Of a stretch of 12,142 bases of DNA, positions 1 to 7,110 are shown one piece after another. The DNA is taken from contig JAUIKJ010000041.1 in the NCBI GenBank assembly GCA_030430835.1, positions 1 through 12,142 on the forward strand, in the 5' to 3' direction. Source of the stretch: Candidatus Hydrogenedentota bacterium (GTDB taxonomy: Bacteria; Hydrogenedentota; Hydrogenedentia; Hydrogenedentales; JAEUWI01). Under the pieces are notes generated by a model that worked only from the letters and a program-made list of their open reading frames with translations, searched no databases and was not told the DNA's origin. A program made the position numbers and the translations under genes. Positions within the stretch are counted from its first letter, which is position 1. Each line of letters begins with the position of its first letter.

Positions 1-280
1 TCGGACCCACAAGCGTACTCATGTCCCGGGTCGCCGCGCGAAACAGGGGCAATATCCTGGCCAAGTGCCCGAATACCGGGAATCCCGCAAATTCGGTCGC
101 CCCCCCTTGGCTTACGCCGTTTCCGTGCTTCTGGGCCGTATCGATCGCACACACCCCGTGGGTGCCGTTGCGCCGCTACGCCTCGATCGGACAGATTCGT
201 TACACTGCGGGAGCACAAACTTGTTGCCCGGTTCCTGACGCGCGCGTCCGGAAGGCGCTGGGTGGGAAGGAGGGCGAAGC

Positions 281-1609
281 GTGCGCACGCGCCTCTTGAA
301 CCTGTGGGATACGATCGTATCGAGCTACTGGCTCGTGCCCGGCAGCATGGCCACGGGCATGGTGCTCATGGCCTTGGGCCTGCCAGTCGTCGATGCGCGC
401 TTCAAGCCGGATGTCATCCAGCAGTTCATGTGGCTGGAGATTACGCCACGGTCCGCACAGACGATTCTGGCGAGCATCGCCAGCGCAAACGTATCGATCG
501 TCGGCGTCGTCTTTTCGATCACGATCCTCACGCTGTCGATCGCGTCGTCGCAGTTGGGGCCGCGTCTGCTCCGAACCTTCATGGCGGAACGCTCCACACA
601 CTTCGCTCTGGGGCTGTATCTCTCAACGGCGGTGTACTGTCTGATTCTTCTCACCATCGTGAAGGATATCGAGAACAACGGCTTTGTGCCGCACCTCTCC
701 ATGATATTTGCGCTGCTCTGTGCCATCTTCGGCCTGGGATATCTCATCTTCTTCATCCACCGCGTGGCACAGTTGATCCAGACGCCGAACATTGTCGAGT
801 CCGTGGCCTGCGATTTGGATCGTGCGATTCTCCGCCTCTTCCCCAAGGCGCTTGGCGAAGGCGGTTCGCCCCTGGATCGGCCGGAGGATCTTCCGGCGGA
901 AGACGCCTTCGCCCCGATACAGGCACGCAACGAGGGCTATCTGCAGGGCCTGGATCAAGAGGATCTCTTTCGTCTCGCGAGACGCGAGGACGTGCTTGTC
1001 CGTTTCCTCCACCGGCCGGGGCAGTTTGTCGCGCGCGGCGAAACGATCGCGGCCGTCTGGCCCGCGGAGAAGTTTTCGGAGGACCTGGAATCGGCACTGA
1101 ACGAAATCTGTGTTTTCGGCAACCGCCGCACACCGCGGCAAGATCTCGAATGCGCCATTGATGAGCTGACGGAGGTGGCCGTGCGCGCCTTGTCCGCGGG
1201 GATCAACGATCCCTTCACCGCGGTGAACTGTGTCGACCGGCTGGGCGCGGCCCTCGCGCGGCTCGCACAACGCGAGATACCCAGCGCCTATCGCTACGAC
1301 GACGCGGGTGCGTTGCGCGTCATCGTGCAACCCGAGAGCTTCTCCTCCGCGCTGAACGCGGCCTTTGACCAGATTCGGCAGTATGGATGTGAGAGTGTCG
1401 CCATTCTGATCCGCATTGTTGAAGCGCTTACGACAATCGCCCGGGTGGCTCGCCGCGATGCGGATCGTGATGCCGTGGCGCGGCAAGCCGAGATGGTGCT
1501 GCGCGCGGCGGAAGCGCATATCCAGGAACAGAACGACCGCGCCGACATCGCCGAGCGCCACGCCGCACTTCAGATCATCCTCGATAACCGGCCACCGTTG
1601 GCACGTTGA
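281..1609 (+). CDS. DUF2254-type multi-pass membrane protein of unknown function
   Basis: 442-codon ORF with GTG start at 281. AAGGAGGG Shine-Dalgarno at 266-273. N-terminal half has several hydrophobic helices (LVPGSMATGMVLMALGLPVV, IVGVVFSITILTLSIASS, LGLYLSTAVYCLILLTIV, LSMIFALLCAIFGLGYLIFFI). C-terminal half is soluble. Overall architecture resembles DUF2254 family proteins. TGA stop at 1607-1609. Confidence 0.7.
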   Translation: MRTRLLNLWDTIVSSYWLVPGSMATGMVLMALGLPVVDARFKPDVIQQFMWLEITPRSAQTILASIASANVSIVGVVFSITILTLSIASSQLGPRLLRTFMAERSTHFALGLYLSTAVYCLILLTIVKDIENNGFVPHLSMIFALLCAIFGLGYLIFFIHRVAQLIQTPNIVESVACDLDRAILRLFPKALGEGGSPLDRPEDLPAEDAFAPIQARNEGYLQGLDQEDLFRLARREDVLVRFLHRPGQFVARGETIAAVWPAEKFSEDLESALNEICVFGNRRTPRQDLECAIDELTEVAVRALSAGINDPFTAVNCVDRLGAALARLAQREIPSAYRYDDAGALRVIVQPESFSSALNAAFDQIRQYGCESVAILIRIVEALTTIARVARRDADRDAVARQAEMVLRAAEAHIQEQNDRADIAERHAALQIILDNRPPLAR

Positions 1610-1775
1610 GGGGACGACGGTGGTGGCATGGATATTGCGCTTTGATTCGGCAGACCGCAATGGCCCCCTAAGCATCGAAGGTTCCGGCGTCCCGCGGTGC
1701 CGGGGACTGAATCGCGTTTCTGATCGTCGTGGTTCCGATTTGCCCGTAGCACTTCGGCGCCCGCGTTCCGCTCAA

Positions 1776-1810
1776 CCCCGCGCCGAAACTTCGCCGGCGC
1801 GGGGCGTTTT
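1776..1810 (+). terminator. GC-rich hairpin (CCCCGCGCCG / CGGCGCGGGG, 9-nt loop) followed by CGTTTTCCC; candidate intrinsic terminator or leader attenuator between the DUF2254 gene and the encapsulin operon
   Basis: Perfect 10-bp inverted repeat 1776-1785 / 1795-1804 with a short T run at 1807-1810. Confidence 0.4.
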
Positions 1811-1893
1811 CCCGCACCGACCGGGTTGCGCACCGAACCCACCGGCGCGTGTCCGGCGCGAGCACCATAGATACCCAACCCAAGGAGACGAAG

Positions 1894-2250
1894 ATGACCA
1901 TTGAATACCACGAGCCGCCATCCGAATTGAGCGCGCGCACGCGCGATCTCCACCGCGCCTATTGCAGTGTGGTCGAGGAGTTCGAGGCCATCGACTGGTA
2001 CGAGCACCGGCTCGATGTGACCGAGGACGAGGAGTTGCGCAGCCTCATCAAGCACAATCAGGACGAGGAGTGCGAGCACGCGGCGATGGCGTTGGAATGG
2101 CTTCGGCGGCGCGTGCCTGCGCTGGATGCGCAATTGCGCAAGTACCTGTTTACCGAGGGCCCCCTGACCGAGGTGGGCCACGGCGAAGCGAAGGGGAACA
2201 CGGACGGCAGCCTCGGCTTGGCCAAGGCAACGAAAGGAGAGAAGGCATGA
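1894..2250 (+). CDS. Encapsulated ferritin-like protein (EncFtn), the predicted cargo of the downstream encapsulin
   Basis: ATG at 1894, preceded by GGAG at 1883-1886. Protein MTIEYHEPPSELSARTRDLHRAYCSVVEEFEAIDWYEHRLD...EECEHAAMALEWLRRR carries the EncFtn-type four-helix-bundle half-ferritin iron-binding motifs (EEFEA, EHAAM). C-terminal extension ...GNTDGSLGLAKATKGEKA resembles the G/S/L-rich encapsulin targeting peptide. Stop TGA 2248-2250 overlaps the encapsulin ATG (ATGA). Confidence 0.85.
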   Translation: MTIEYHEPPSELSARTRDLHRAYCSVVEEFEAIDWYEHRLDVTEDEELRSLIKHNQDEECEHAAMALEWLRRRVPALDAQLRKYLFTEGPLTEVGHGEAKGNTDGSLGLAKATKGEKA

Positions 2251-3050
2251 AGAGCCTACTCAAACGGGATATTGCACCCGTCACCGAGAAAGCCTGGAAA
2301 CTGATCGACGCGGAAGCGACCGAACTGCTGCACACACACCTGAGTGCGCGCAGCGTGTGCGACCTGTCGGGTCCGCATGGCTGGGAACATGCCGCGGTCA
2401 ACACGGGCCGCCTGACCCTTGCCGAGTCCCAGAAGGACCAGGACATCGCATGGGGCACGCGTGAGGTGTTGCCGCTGGTCGAGGTGCGGGTACCCTTCCG
2501 CATCGCACAGATGGAGCTGGATTCCGTGGATCGTGGCCTGCAGAATCCCAACCTGGATGCACTGGAGCAGGCCGCGCGCAAGATCGCCACCTTCGAGGAA
2601 CGTGCGATCTACCATGGCTTCGAGGCCGCGGGTATCGCAGGCATCCGCGAGGCATCGCCGCATGCGGCGATCACGTTCCCGAAGGACCCGGCGAAGTACT
2701 CGCATACCATCGCGGCGGCCATTGAACAGCTGAAGGCGGCGGGCGTCGAAGGCCCCTATGCTGCCGTGCTGGATACGGATCGCTACCGCACCCTGATGCA
2801 GAGTGTGGAGCCCGGCTTCCCGCCTGCGCGGGTGGTGGAGCAGTTGCTGGAGAGCCACGCGATCTGCTGGAGCCCCGGCATCGACGGGGGTGTGGTGGTG
2901 TCGCAACGTGGCGGCGATTTCGAGCTCACGATTGGACAAGACCTCTCCATCGGATACGCGGAGCACGATCGCGACGAGGTGGAGCTGTTCTTTACGGAGT
3001 CCTTCACCTTCCGCGTGATCGAGGGTGCGGCAGCGGTTGCGCTGAACTGA
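2247..3050 (+). CDS. Family 1 encapsulin nanocompartment shell protein (linocin M18 / HK97-fold)
   Basis: Internal ATG at 2247 of the 1962..3050 ORF, overlapping the upstream stop. [24 protein letters not shown]...GPHGWEHAA...[10 protein letters not shown]...[15 protein letters not shown]...[41 protein letters not shown] aligns along its full length with Thermotoga maritima encapsulin as I recall it ([52 protein letters not shown]). Confidence 0.92.
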   Translation: [267 protein letters not shown]

Positions 3051-3074
3051 AGGGGACACAGACAGCCTCGCTTT

Positions 3075-3105
3075 GCCCGGGCCGGCGACGGTCCGGGCAT
3101 TTTTC
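3075..3105 (+). terminator. Rho-independent terminator of the encapsulin operon
   Basis: GCCCGG(3075-3080)...CCGGGC(3093-3098) stem, immediately followed by ATTTTT (3099-3104), 25 nt after the encapsulin stop. Confidence 0.6.
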
Positions 3106-3271
3106 ATAGCCTAGTCCTTGCCGGATGCACGTGCGCTTTTGCGTGGTCCTTGCACAATGCAAAGCAGACCTGGTTCCCACCCCTCAGGGTGTAACGAATG
3201 TAGGCGAATTTTCTGGCATCGAAGTTGCATTACCCAGACACCGCAGACGCGGGCAACAAGGAGGACAGAAA

Positions 3272-3727
3272 ATGACAAAGACATTCATCGCCGCTCTATG
3301 CACCGTCGCGGCATTCACCTTTACCGGCTGTCCGACGGTCCCGGGCACCTTTGAAGTGTGGGTCGTGAACACCAGCGGAACGGTCACCGTAACGAACGTC
3401 AAGTTGGTGAACGATGCCGACATGGACGACTTTCGCGAGTTCCCGGCGGATCAGGATCCGGCCACCGCGCGGGTGCTGACCAATGTCCCGCTCGGTGATC
3501 TGGAAGGCAATACGATTACCGTCGAAGTGACGGGCGAAACCGGCGGCCAGGTCTTGGAGGATGTTGACGCGGACATCCGTGTTCCCGATGCGCTGCAGTC
3601 AGGTTCGGTATTGGTCATCGTGCTGGGCGGCGACAACATCGTCAGTTTCAGCGGTGAGTACATTCCGCTTGAGGACGCCAGCAAGGGAGAACTGATGTTC
3701 CGCAACCATTTGCTCGGCGCGCTTTAA
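3272..3727 (+). CDS. Small secreted lipoprotein of unknown function
   Basis: ATG 3272 with AAGGAGGA at 3258-3265. Signal peptide MTKTFIAALCTVAAFTFTG|C with a lipobox-like FTGC. Mature part is Thr/Val/Asp-rich (TVTVTNVKLVNDADMDDF...). Followed by a 12-bp perfect-stem hairpin. Confidence 0.55.
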   Translation: MTKTFIAALCTVAAFTFTGCPTVPGTFEVWVVNTSGTVTVTNVKLVNDADMDDFREFPADQDPATARVLTNVPLGDLEGNTITVEVTGETGGQVLEDVDADIRVPDALQSGSVLVIVLGGDNIVSFSGEYIPLEDASKGELMFRNHLLGAL

Positions 3728-3789
3728 CCCCACTCCCGTCGGGCGTGAGCATTCCCACTCTCCCTCACGTCCCGTCCCACTCCCACCGG

Positions 3790-3821
3790 CCCCGTGCAGC
3801 GTTTCCCGCCGCTGCACGGGG
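3790..3821. terminator. 12-bp perfect-stem hairpin (CCCCGTGCAGCG / CGCTGCACGGGG, loop TTTCCCGC) between convergent genes; probable terminator, possibly bidirectional
   Basis: Perfect inverted repeat 3790-3801 / 3810-3821. Lies between the lipoprotein stop (3727) and the hydrolase stop (3863). A weak T-run follows on the + side only. Confidence 0.45.
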
Positions 3822-3862
3822 CTCGTCGTTTGATTGGACGTGGGAAGTGGATCCGCCGCGGG

Positions 3863-4807
3863 TCAGGCGGCGTCGTCCAGCGTCGCCGCGGGTGCGATGG
3901 GATGGCGCGAGAGGAAATCGAGGATCTCGCTGCGGTACGCCGGGTCGCGCTGGATATAGAAGTGATCGGCCCCTTCGATAATGCGGGTCTCGTGGTGCTG
4001 CATCACGCCTTCCGCCCGGCGCACATCGGCCACCAACGGGTCAAGGCTGCCGATGATAAACAGCACCGGTACCTCGTTGACGCGCACGTAGGACTCGGGT
4101 ACCGCGAGCGCGCCCATGGAATCGGCCAGCGCCGCGAGGGCGGCTTCATCGTTCATGTAGCCGACCACCGCGTTCGCGACGGTGACGGTCATCCAATCGG
4201 GTTCTTTGCCGCCGGGGCGCAGGGTCTCCAGCAGTACATCGAAACCGCCTCCTTCCTTGAGGGCCTTGGCCAGGGCCTGCGCCACGGGCAGCCGTTCTTC
4301 CGGCTCCGCCCAGCCGAAGCCGCTGATCACCGCGCTCTGGAAGCGGTCGGGATAGCGGGACAGCGCCTTGAAGGAGATCATGCCGCCGAGCGAGTGGCCG
4401 CCGACGTGTGCCTTCTCGATGTCCAGATGGTTCATCAGGCGAACGATATCGTCGGTCAACCGCAGACCATAGGCCTCGGGGTCGTGCGGCTTGTCGCTGT
4501 AGCTGTGACCGCGGCAGTCGAGCGTGATCACGCGGTAGTGCTCGGCGAGCGCATCGAGGGTGCCGGATCGCCGCCAGGTGAGATCGCCATTCATGGCGAA
4601 GCCATGCAACAGGATCAGGGGCTCACCGCTGCCCTGATCGGTGTAGTGCAGACGAACGCCGGCAGAGTCGAAGTACTGCCCTTCCAGGGGGTAGCCCATG
4701 AGCGGGGCGAAGGACCCCCAGGCGGTGTAGCCGGTCACCAGGACGAGCGAGGCGAGGAGATAGGACTTCTTGCGAACGATGAACTGAGGTAGGCTGGAGG
4801 GATTCAA
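3863..4807 (-). CDS. Membrane-anchored alpha/beta-fold hydrolase
   Basis: TTG start (complement of 4805-4807) with AAGGAG 5 nt upstream on the minus strand; there is no in-frame ATG nearby. N-terminal hydrophobic anchor SYLLASLVLVTGYTAW, HGF oxyanion-hole region, and GHSLGG nucleophile elbow (GxSxG). Confidence 0.8.
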   Translation of the reverse strand: MNPSSLPQFIVRKKSYLLASLVLVTGYTAWGSFAPLMGYPLEGQYFDSAGVRLHYTDQGSGEPLILLHGFAMNGDLTWRRSGTLDALAEHYRVITLDCRGHSYSDKPHDPEAYGLRLTDDIVRLMNHLDIEKAHVGGHSLGGMISFKALSRYPDRFQSAVISGFGWAEPEERLPVAQALAKALKEGGGFDVLLETLRPGGKEPDWMTVTVANAVVGYMNDEAALAALADSMGALAVPESYVRVNEVPVLFIIGSLDPLVADVRRAEGVMQHHETRIIEGADHFYIQRDPAYRSEILDFLSRHPIAPAATLDDAA

Positions 4808-4957
4808 TGGGGCTCCTTTTCTAGAACGCGGAGCGCATCATATCTCATAACTCGTTTTATAGCAATACTTTAAGACCAAACGGTCAGATATGGAATCGTT
4901 AAGAAACAAACACTTCGTAGTATTACATCCCGATGTCAACAATATCCTCGAGCGTGC
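4808..4957. promoter_or_regulatory. AT-rich divergent intergenic/promoter region between the hydrolase (-) and the EamA transporter (+)
   Basis: About 150 bp of markedly AT-rich sequence (TCATATCTCATAACTCGTTTTATAGCAATACTTTAAGACCAAAC...TTCGTAGTATTACATCC) set in otherwise high-GC DNA. Contains several TATA-like hexamers on both strands. Exact promoters not resolvable by eye. Confidence 0.4.
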
Positions 4958-5914
4958 ATGGCACGGTCACCAACGGGGATAATGGGGGCAGCTATGACTG
5001 CCCACGATGCCGCCCTCCTCCAGAACACCGCCAGCCTGAACCGCCGCGCCGCGACCGAGATGTTCTTCGCCGCCTTCGCGTTTTCGGTGATGAACTGTGT
5101 CGCCCATGGCCTCGGCGGGGTCTTGCCATGGCCCGTGATCGCCTGTGGCCGAATCGCCCTGACGCTGGTCTTTGCGCTCGCGGTTCTCTGGCGGCTGGGG
5201 CGCAAGCCGATCGTGGTGGGCACCCCGGCGCTGTGGTGCCGCAGCCTGGCCGGATCCTGCGGCCTGCTCTTCACATTCTATAGCCTGACGCACCTCTCGA
5301 TTACCGAGGCTTCCGCCATCATCGCGACCAACCCGCTCTGGCTCGTGGTCATCCTCGCGGTGGTTTTTCGCGAACCGATCCACGCGCGCACCTGGTTCTG
5401 CATGGCGCTGGCGCTCTTCGGGGTATGGCTGATCAAGCGGCCGTCTTTCTCGCTCGACGCGCTGGCGGGCGACAGTTTCCCCGTCTTCGTCGCACTGGCG
5501 GGCGCCTTTGTCATTGCCGTGGCAAAGGTGGCGCTGAGCCGCTGTGGTGACCTGCCGGCCACCGCCGTGGTGGCGCACTACGCGGCGTGCGCCACCATTG
5601 TTTCTGCAGCGCTCGCCTTTGCCCTCGGTGGCTGGACACAGTCCGGACCGGCGCTGGCCGCATCGGCCTGGGTCGGTCTCGCGGCGATGGGCGTCGCCGG
5701 TACCTTTGGCCAGTACTTCATGACCCGCGCCTACGGCCGTGGCTACGCGCCGATGGTCGCGCTGATCGGGCTCGTGCACATCGTGTTCGGCGCCGCCTAC
5801 GACGTGTTTATCTGGGGCCACGCCTTTGACCGCTGGACGGCGATCGGCATTACGACCATTGTCGCCGCCGTCGCCTTCAGCGTCACCGCGAACGCAGGGC
5901 GCGCGAAGGCCTAG
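4958..5914 (+). CDS. DMT superfamily (EamA-like) transporter, about 10 TM helices
   Basis: Highly hydrophobic 318-aa ORF with two repeated 5-TM halves and G/A-rich helices typical of EamA/DMT permeases. True start may be ATG 4958, 4982 or 4994 (4994 has GGGGG 5 nt upstream). Stop TAG 5912-5914. Confidence 0.75.
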   Translation: MARSPTGIMGAAMTAHDAALLQNTASLNRRAATEMFFAAFAFSVMNCVAHGLGGVLPWPVIACGRIALTLVFALAVLWRLGRKPIVVGTPALWCRSLAGSCGLLFTFYSLTHLSITEASAIIATNPLWLVVILAVVFREPIHARTWFCMALALFGVWLIKRPSFSLDALAGDSFPVFVALAGAFVIAVAKVALSRCGDLPATAVVAHYAACATIVSAALAFALGGWTQSGPALAASAWVGLAAMGVAGTFGQYFMTRAYGRGYAPMVALIGLVHIVFGAAYDVFIWGHAFDRWTAIGITTIVAAVAFSVTANAGRAKA

Positions 5915-5944
5915 GGGCGCCTCGGAAGCAACGCGCCCGGTGGA

Positions 5945-6808
5945 CTACTTCAAGATCGCGCGTGCGCGGAGCCAGTCGAGGCAACGGTCGGGCCAGGTTG
6001 CGAAGGCGGGATCGCCACCACCAAGCCCGAGGCCGTGGCGGCCTTTCTCGTACACGTGCAGTTCGGCGGGCACGCCGTGCTGCACGCAGGCCTCGTAGAG
6101 CATCAACGCGTTCTGCACGGGGACGGATTGGTCTTCGGTCGTGTGGACGATAAAGATAGGCGGCGTCTCTTCGTCTACGTTCTTCTCGGCGGACATCCTC
6201 GTGATCATGTCGTCGTCGGGGTTCTCGCCGAGCAGATTCTTACGCGATCCCTTGTGGGTGTAGGGGTCGGTCATGGTGATGACGGGGTACCCCAGAATCG
6301 CGAAGTTCAGTGCCGCGCTCGCCCACTCGATCGGGTCGGCCGCACCGAGGTCGCCGCCCTGCGGCTGCGTCGCCGCAGTTGCGGTGAGGTGACCGCCTGC
6401 GGAAAACCCAATCATCCCGATACGCGCAGGGTCGACCTTCCAGTCGCCCGCGTTGGCGCGCACGGTGCGTACGGCGCGTTGTGCGTCCATCAGCGGCACG
6501 GGATGGCCGTAGTCCGGTGCATGGCGGTAACGCAGCACGAAGGCCGCGATGCCCGCCTCGTTGAGCCATTCCGCGATCTGCTGCCCCTCGTGATCCACGG
6601 CAAGGTTGCCATAGCCCCCGCCGGGACACACGACGACACCCACGCCAGTCGCCTCGTCCGGAAGGTAGACGGTGAGCGTTGGATCGTGGCCCTCGCCCGT
6701 ACCCTTCGACATCGGCGGACCGTCTGGCCAGAGCGGGAGCACAAGCGGCTCAGCGGTGGCGGTGAGGGCAAGGCATGTGAAAGCCATGGCGGCGAGCAGG
6801 GTCTTCAT
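5945..6808 (-). CDS. Secreted alpha/beta-hydrolase esterase (GFSAGG serine esterase, BD-FAE / prolyl-oligopeptidase-like fold)
   Basis: Start taken at the internal ATG (complement of 6806-6808) giving signal peptide MKTLLAAMAFTCLALTATA|EP. GGGAGA lies 8 nt upstream. Motifs VVVCPGGGY (HGGG-type oxyanion region) and GFSAGGHL nucleophile elbow. The 55 codons upstream of this ATG in the ORF track run into an inverted-repeat element and are not coding. Confidence 0.75.
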   Translation of the reverse strand: MKTLLAAMAFTCLALTATAEPLVLPLWPDGPPMSKGTGEGHDPTLTVYLPDEATGVGVVVCPGGGYGNLAVDHEGQQIAEWLNEAGIAAFVLRYRHAPDYGHPVPLMDAQRAVRTVRANAGDWKVDPARIGMIGFSAGGHLTATAATQPQGGDLGAADPIEWASAALNFAILGYPVITMTDPYTHKGSRKNLLGENPDDDMITRMSAEKNVDEETPPIFIVHTTEDQSVPVQNALMLYEACVQHGVPAELHVYEKGRHGLGLGGGDPAFATWPDRCLDWLRARAILK

Positions 6809-6886
6809 GTGGCATATCTCCCAAGGGTTCGTGCGAGTATAGCGCCTGCGGCGAAAGAATGCTGCATGAGGTGTAGTGCGCGTCCC

Positions 6887-7074
6887 GGAGTGCATGAGCT
6901 TGCTCATGCCTCGCGACAGCGAGACGCGCCAGTAGGCCTCCGGTGCTACCCTGAAGCTCGGGCGCATCCTCATGTTTCAAGTCTTCGTCCGCACCTACGC
7001 GCTTCCACGGCCTGCACCGTAATGACGCGTCTCGCGGCGAAACGCCACGAGGCATGAGCAAGCTCATGCACTCC
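6887..7074. repeat. Inverted-repeat element: 27-bp perfect terminal inverted repeats (GGAGTGCATGAGCTTGCTCATGCCTCG / reverse complement), extended imperfectly by GAGACGCG / CGCGTCTC, around a spacer of about 134 bp; MITE-like or paired operator
   Basis: 6887-6913 is the exact reverse complement of 7048-7074. 6921-6928 is the reverse complement of 7026-7033. Each arm itself contains the palindrome GCATGAGC-NN-GCTCATGC. Lies in the intergenic region between the dapB stop and the esterase start. Confidence 0.55.
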
Positions 7075-7110
7075 CCGGAGACAGACTGCGACGTCCTGCA
7101 CACCCCCGGG

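Noticed and set aside
21-299. 92-aa ORF at the window start
   Set aside because: No ribosome-binding site, an odd composition (Pro/Trp/Cys-rich), and it overlaps the real GTG start and SD of the DUF2254 gene. It is probably non-coding leader or the tail of an upstream intergenic region.
623-1675. 350-aa minus-strand ORF antisense to the DUF2254 gene. Similar long antisense ORFs: 3794..4792 (+) opposite the hydrolase, 4967..5821 (-) opposite the EamA gene, 6035..7057 (+) opposite the esterase, 7054..8037 (+) opposite dapB, and 8284..10095 (+) opposite the dehydrogenase.
   Set aside because: High GC content suppresses stop codons on the antisense strand. Their products are Arg/Gly/Ala-rich low-complexity sequences with no recognisable motifs, whereas the sense-strand proteins have clear family signatures.
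4890-4985. 31-codon ORF (MESLRNKHFVVLHPDVNNILERAWHGHQRG) in the AT-rich intergenic region, possible leader peptide
   Set aside because: Codon usage (TTA, AGA, AAA, GTA) is completely atypical for this genome, there is no ribosome-binding site, and it is most likely a chance ORF in AT-rich promoter DNA. Kept only as a low-probability upstream ORF.
5915-5938. GGGCGC...GCGCCC hairpin between the convergent EamA and esterase genes as a terminator
   Set aside because: The stem is only 6 bp with a 12-nt loop and has no U-tract on either strand. It is too weak to call.
6809-6973. N-terminal 55-codon extension of the esterase ORF (MRMRPSFRV...) and the mirrored MSKLMHS... ORF starts at 6908 and 7054
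   Set aside because: The extension runs through the inverted-repeat element. The identical MSKLMHS peptides on opposite strands are a direct consequence of the 27-bp inverted repeat. The esterase has a proper signal peptide and SD at the internal ATG 6808.
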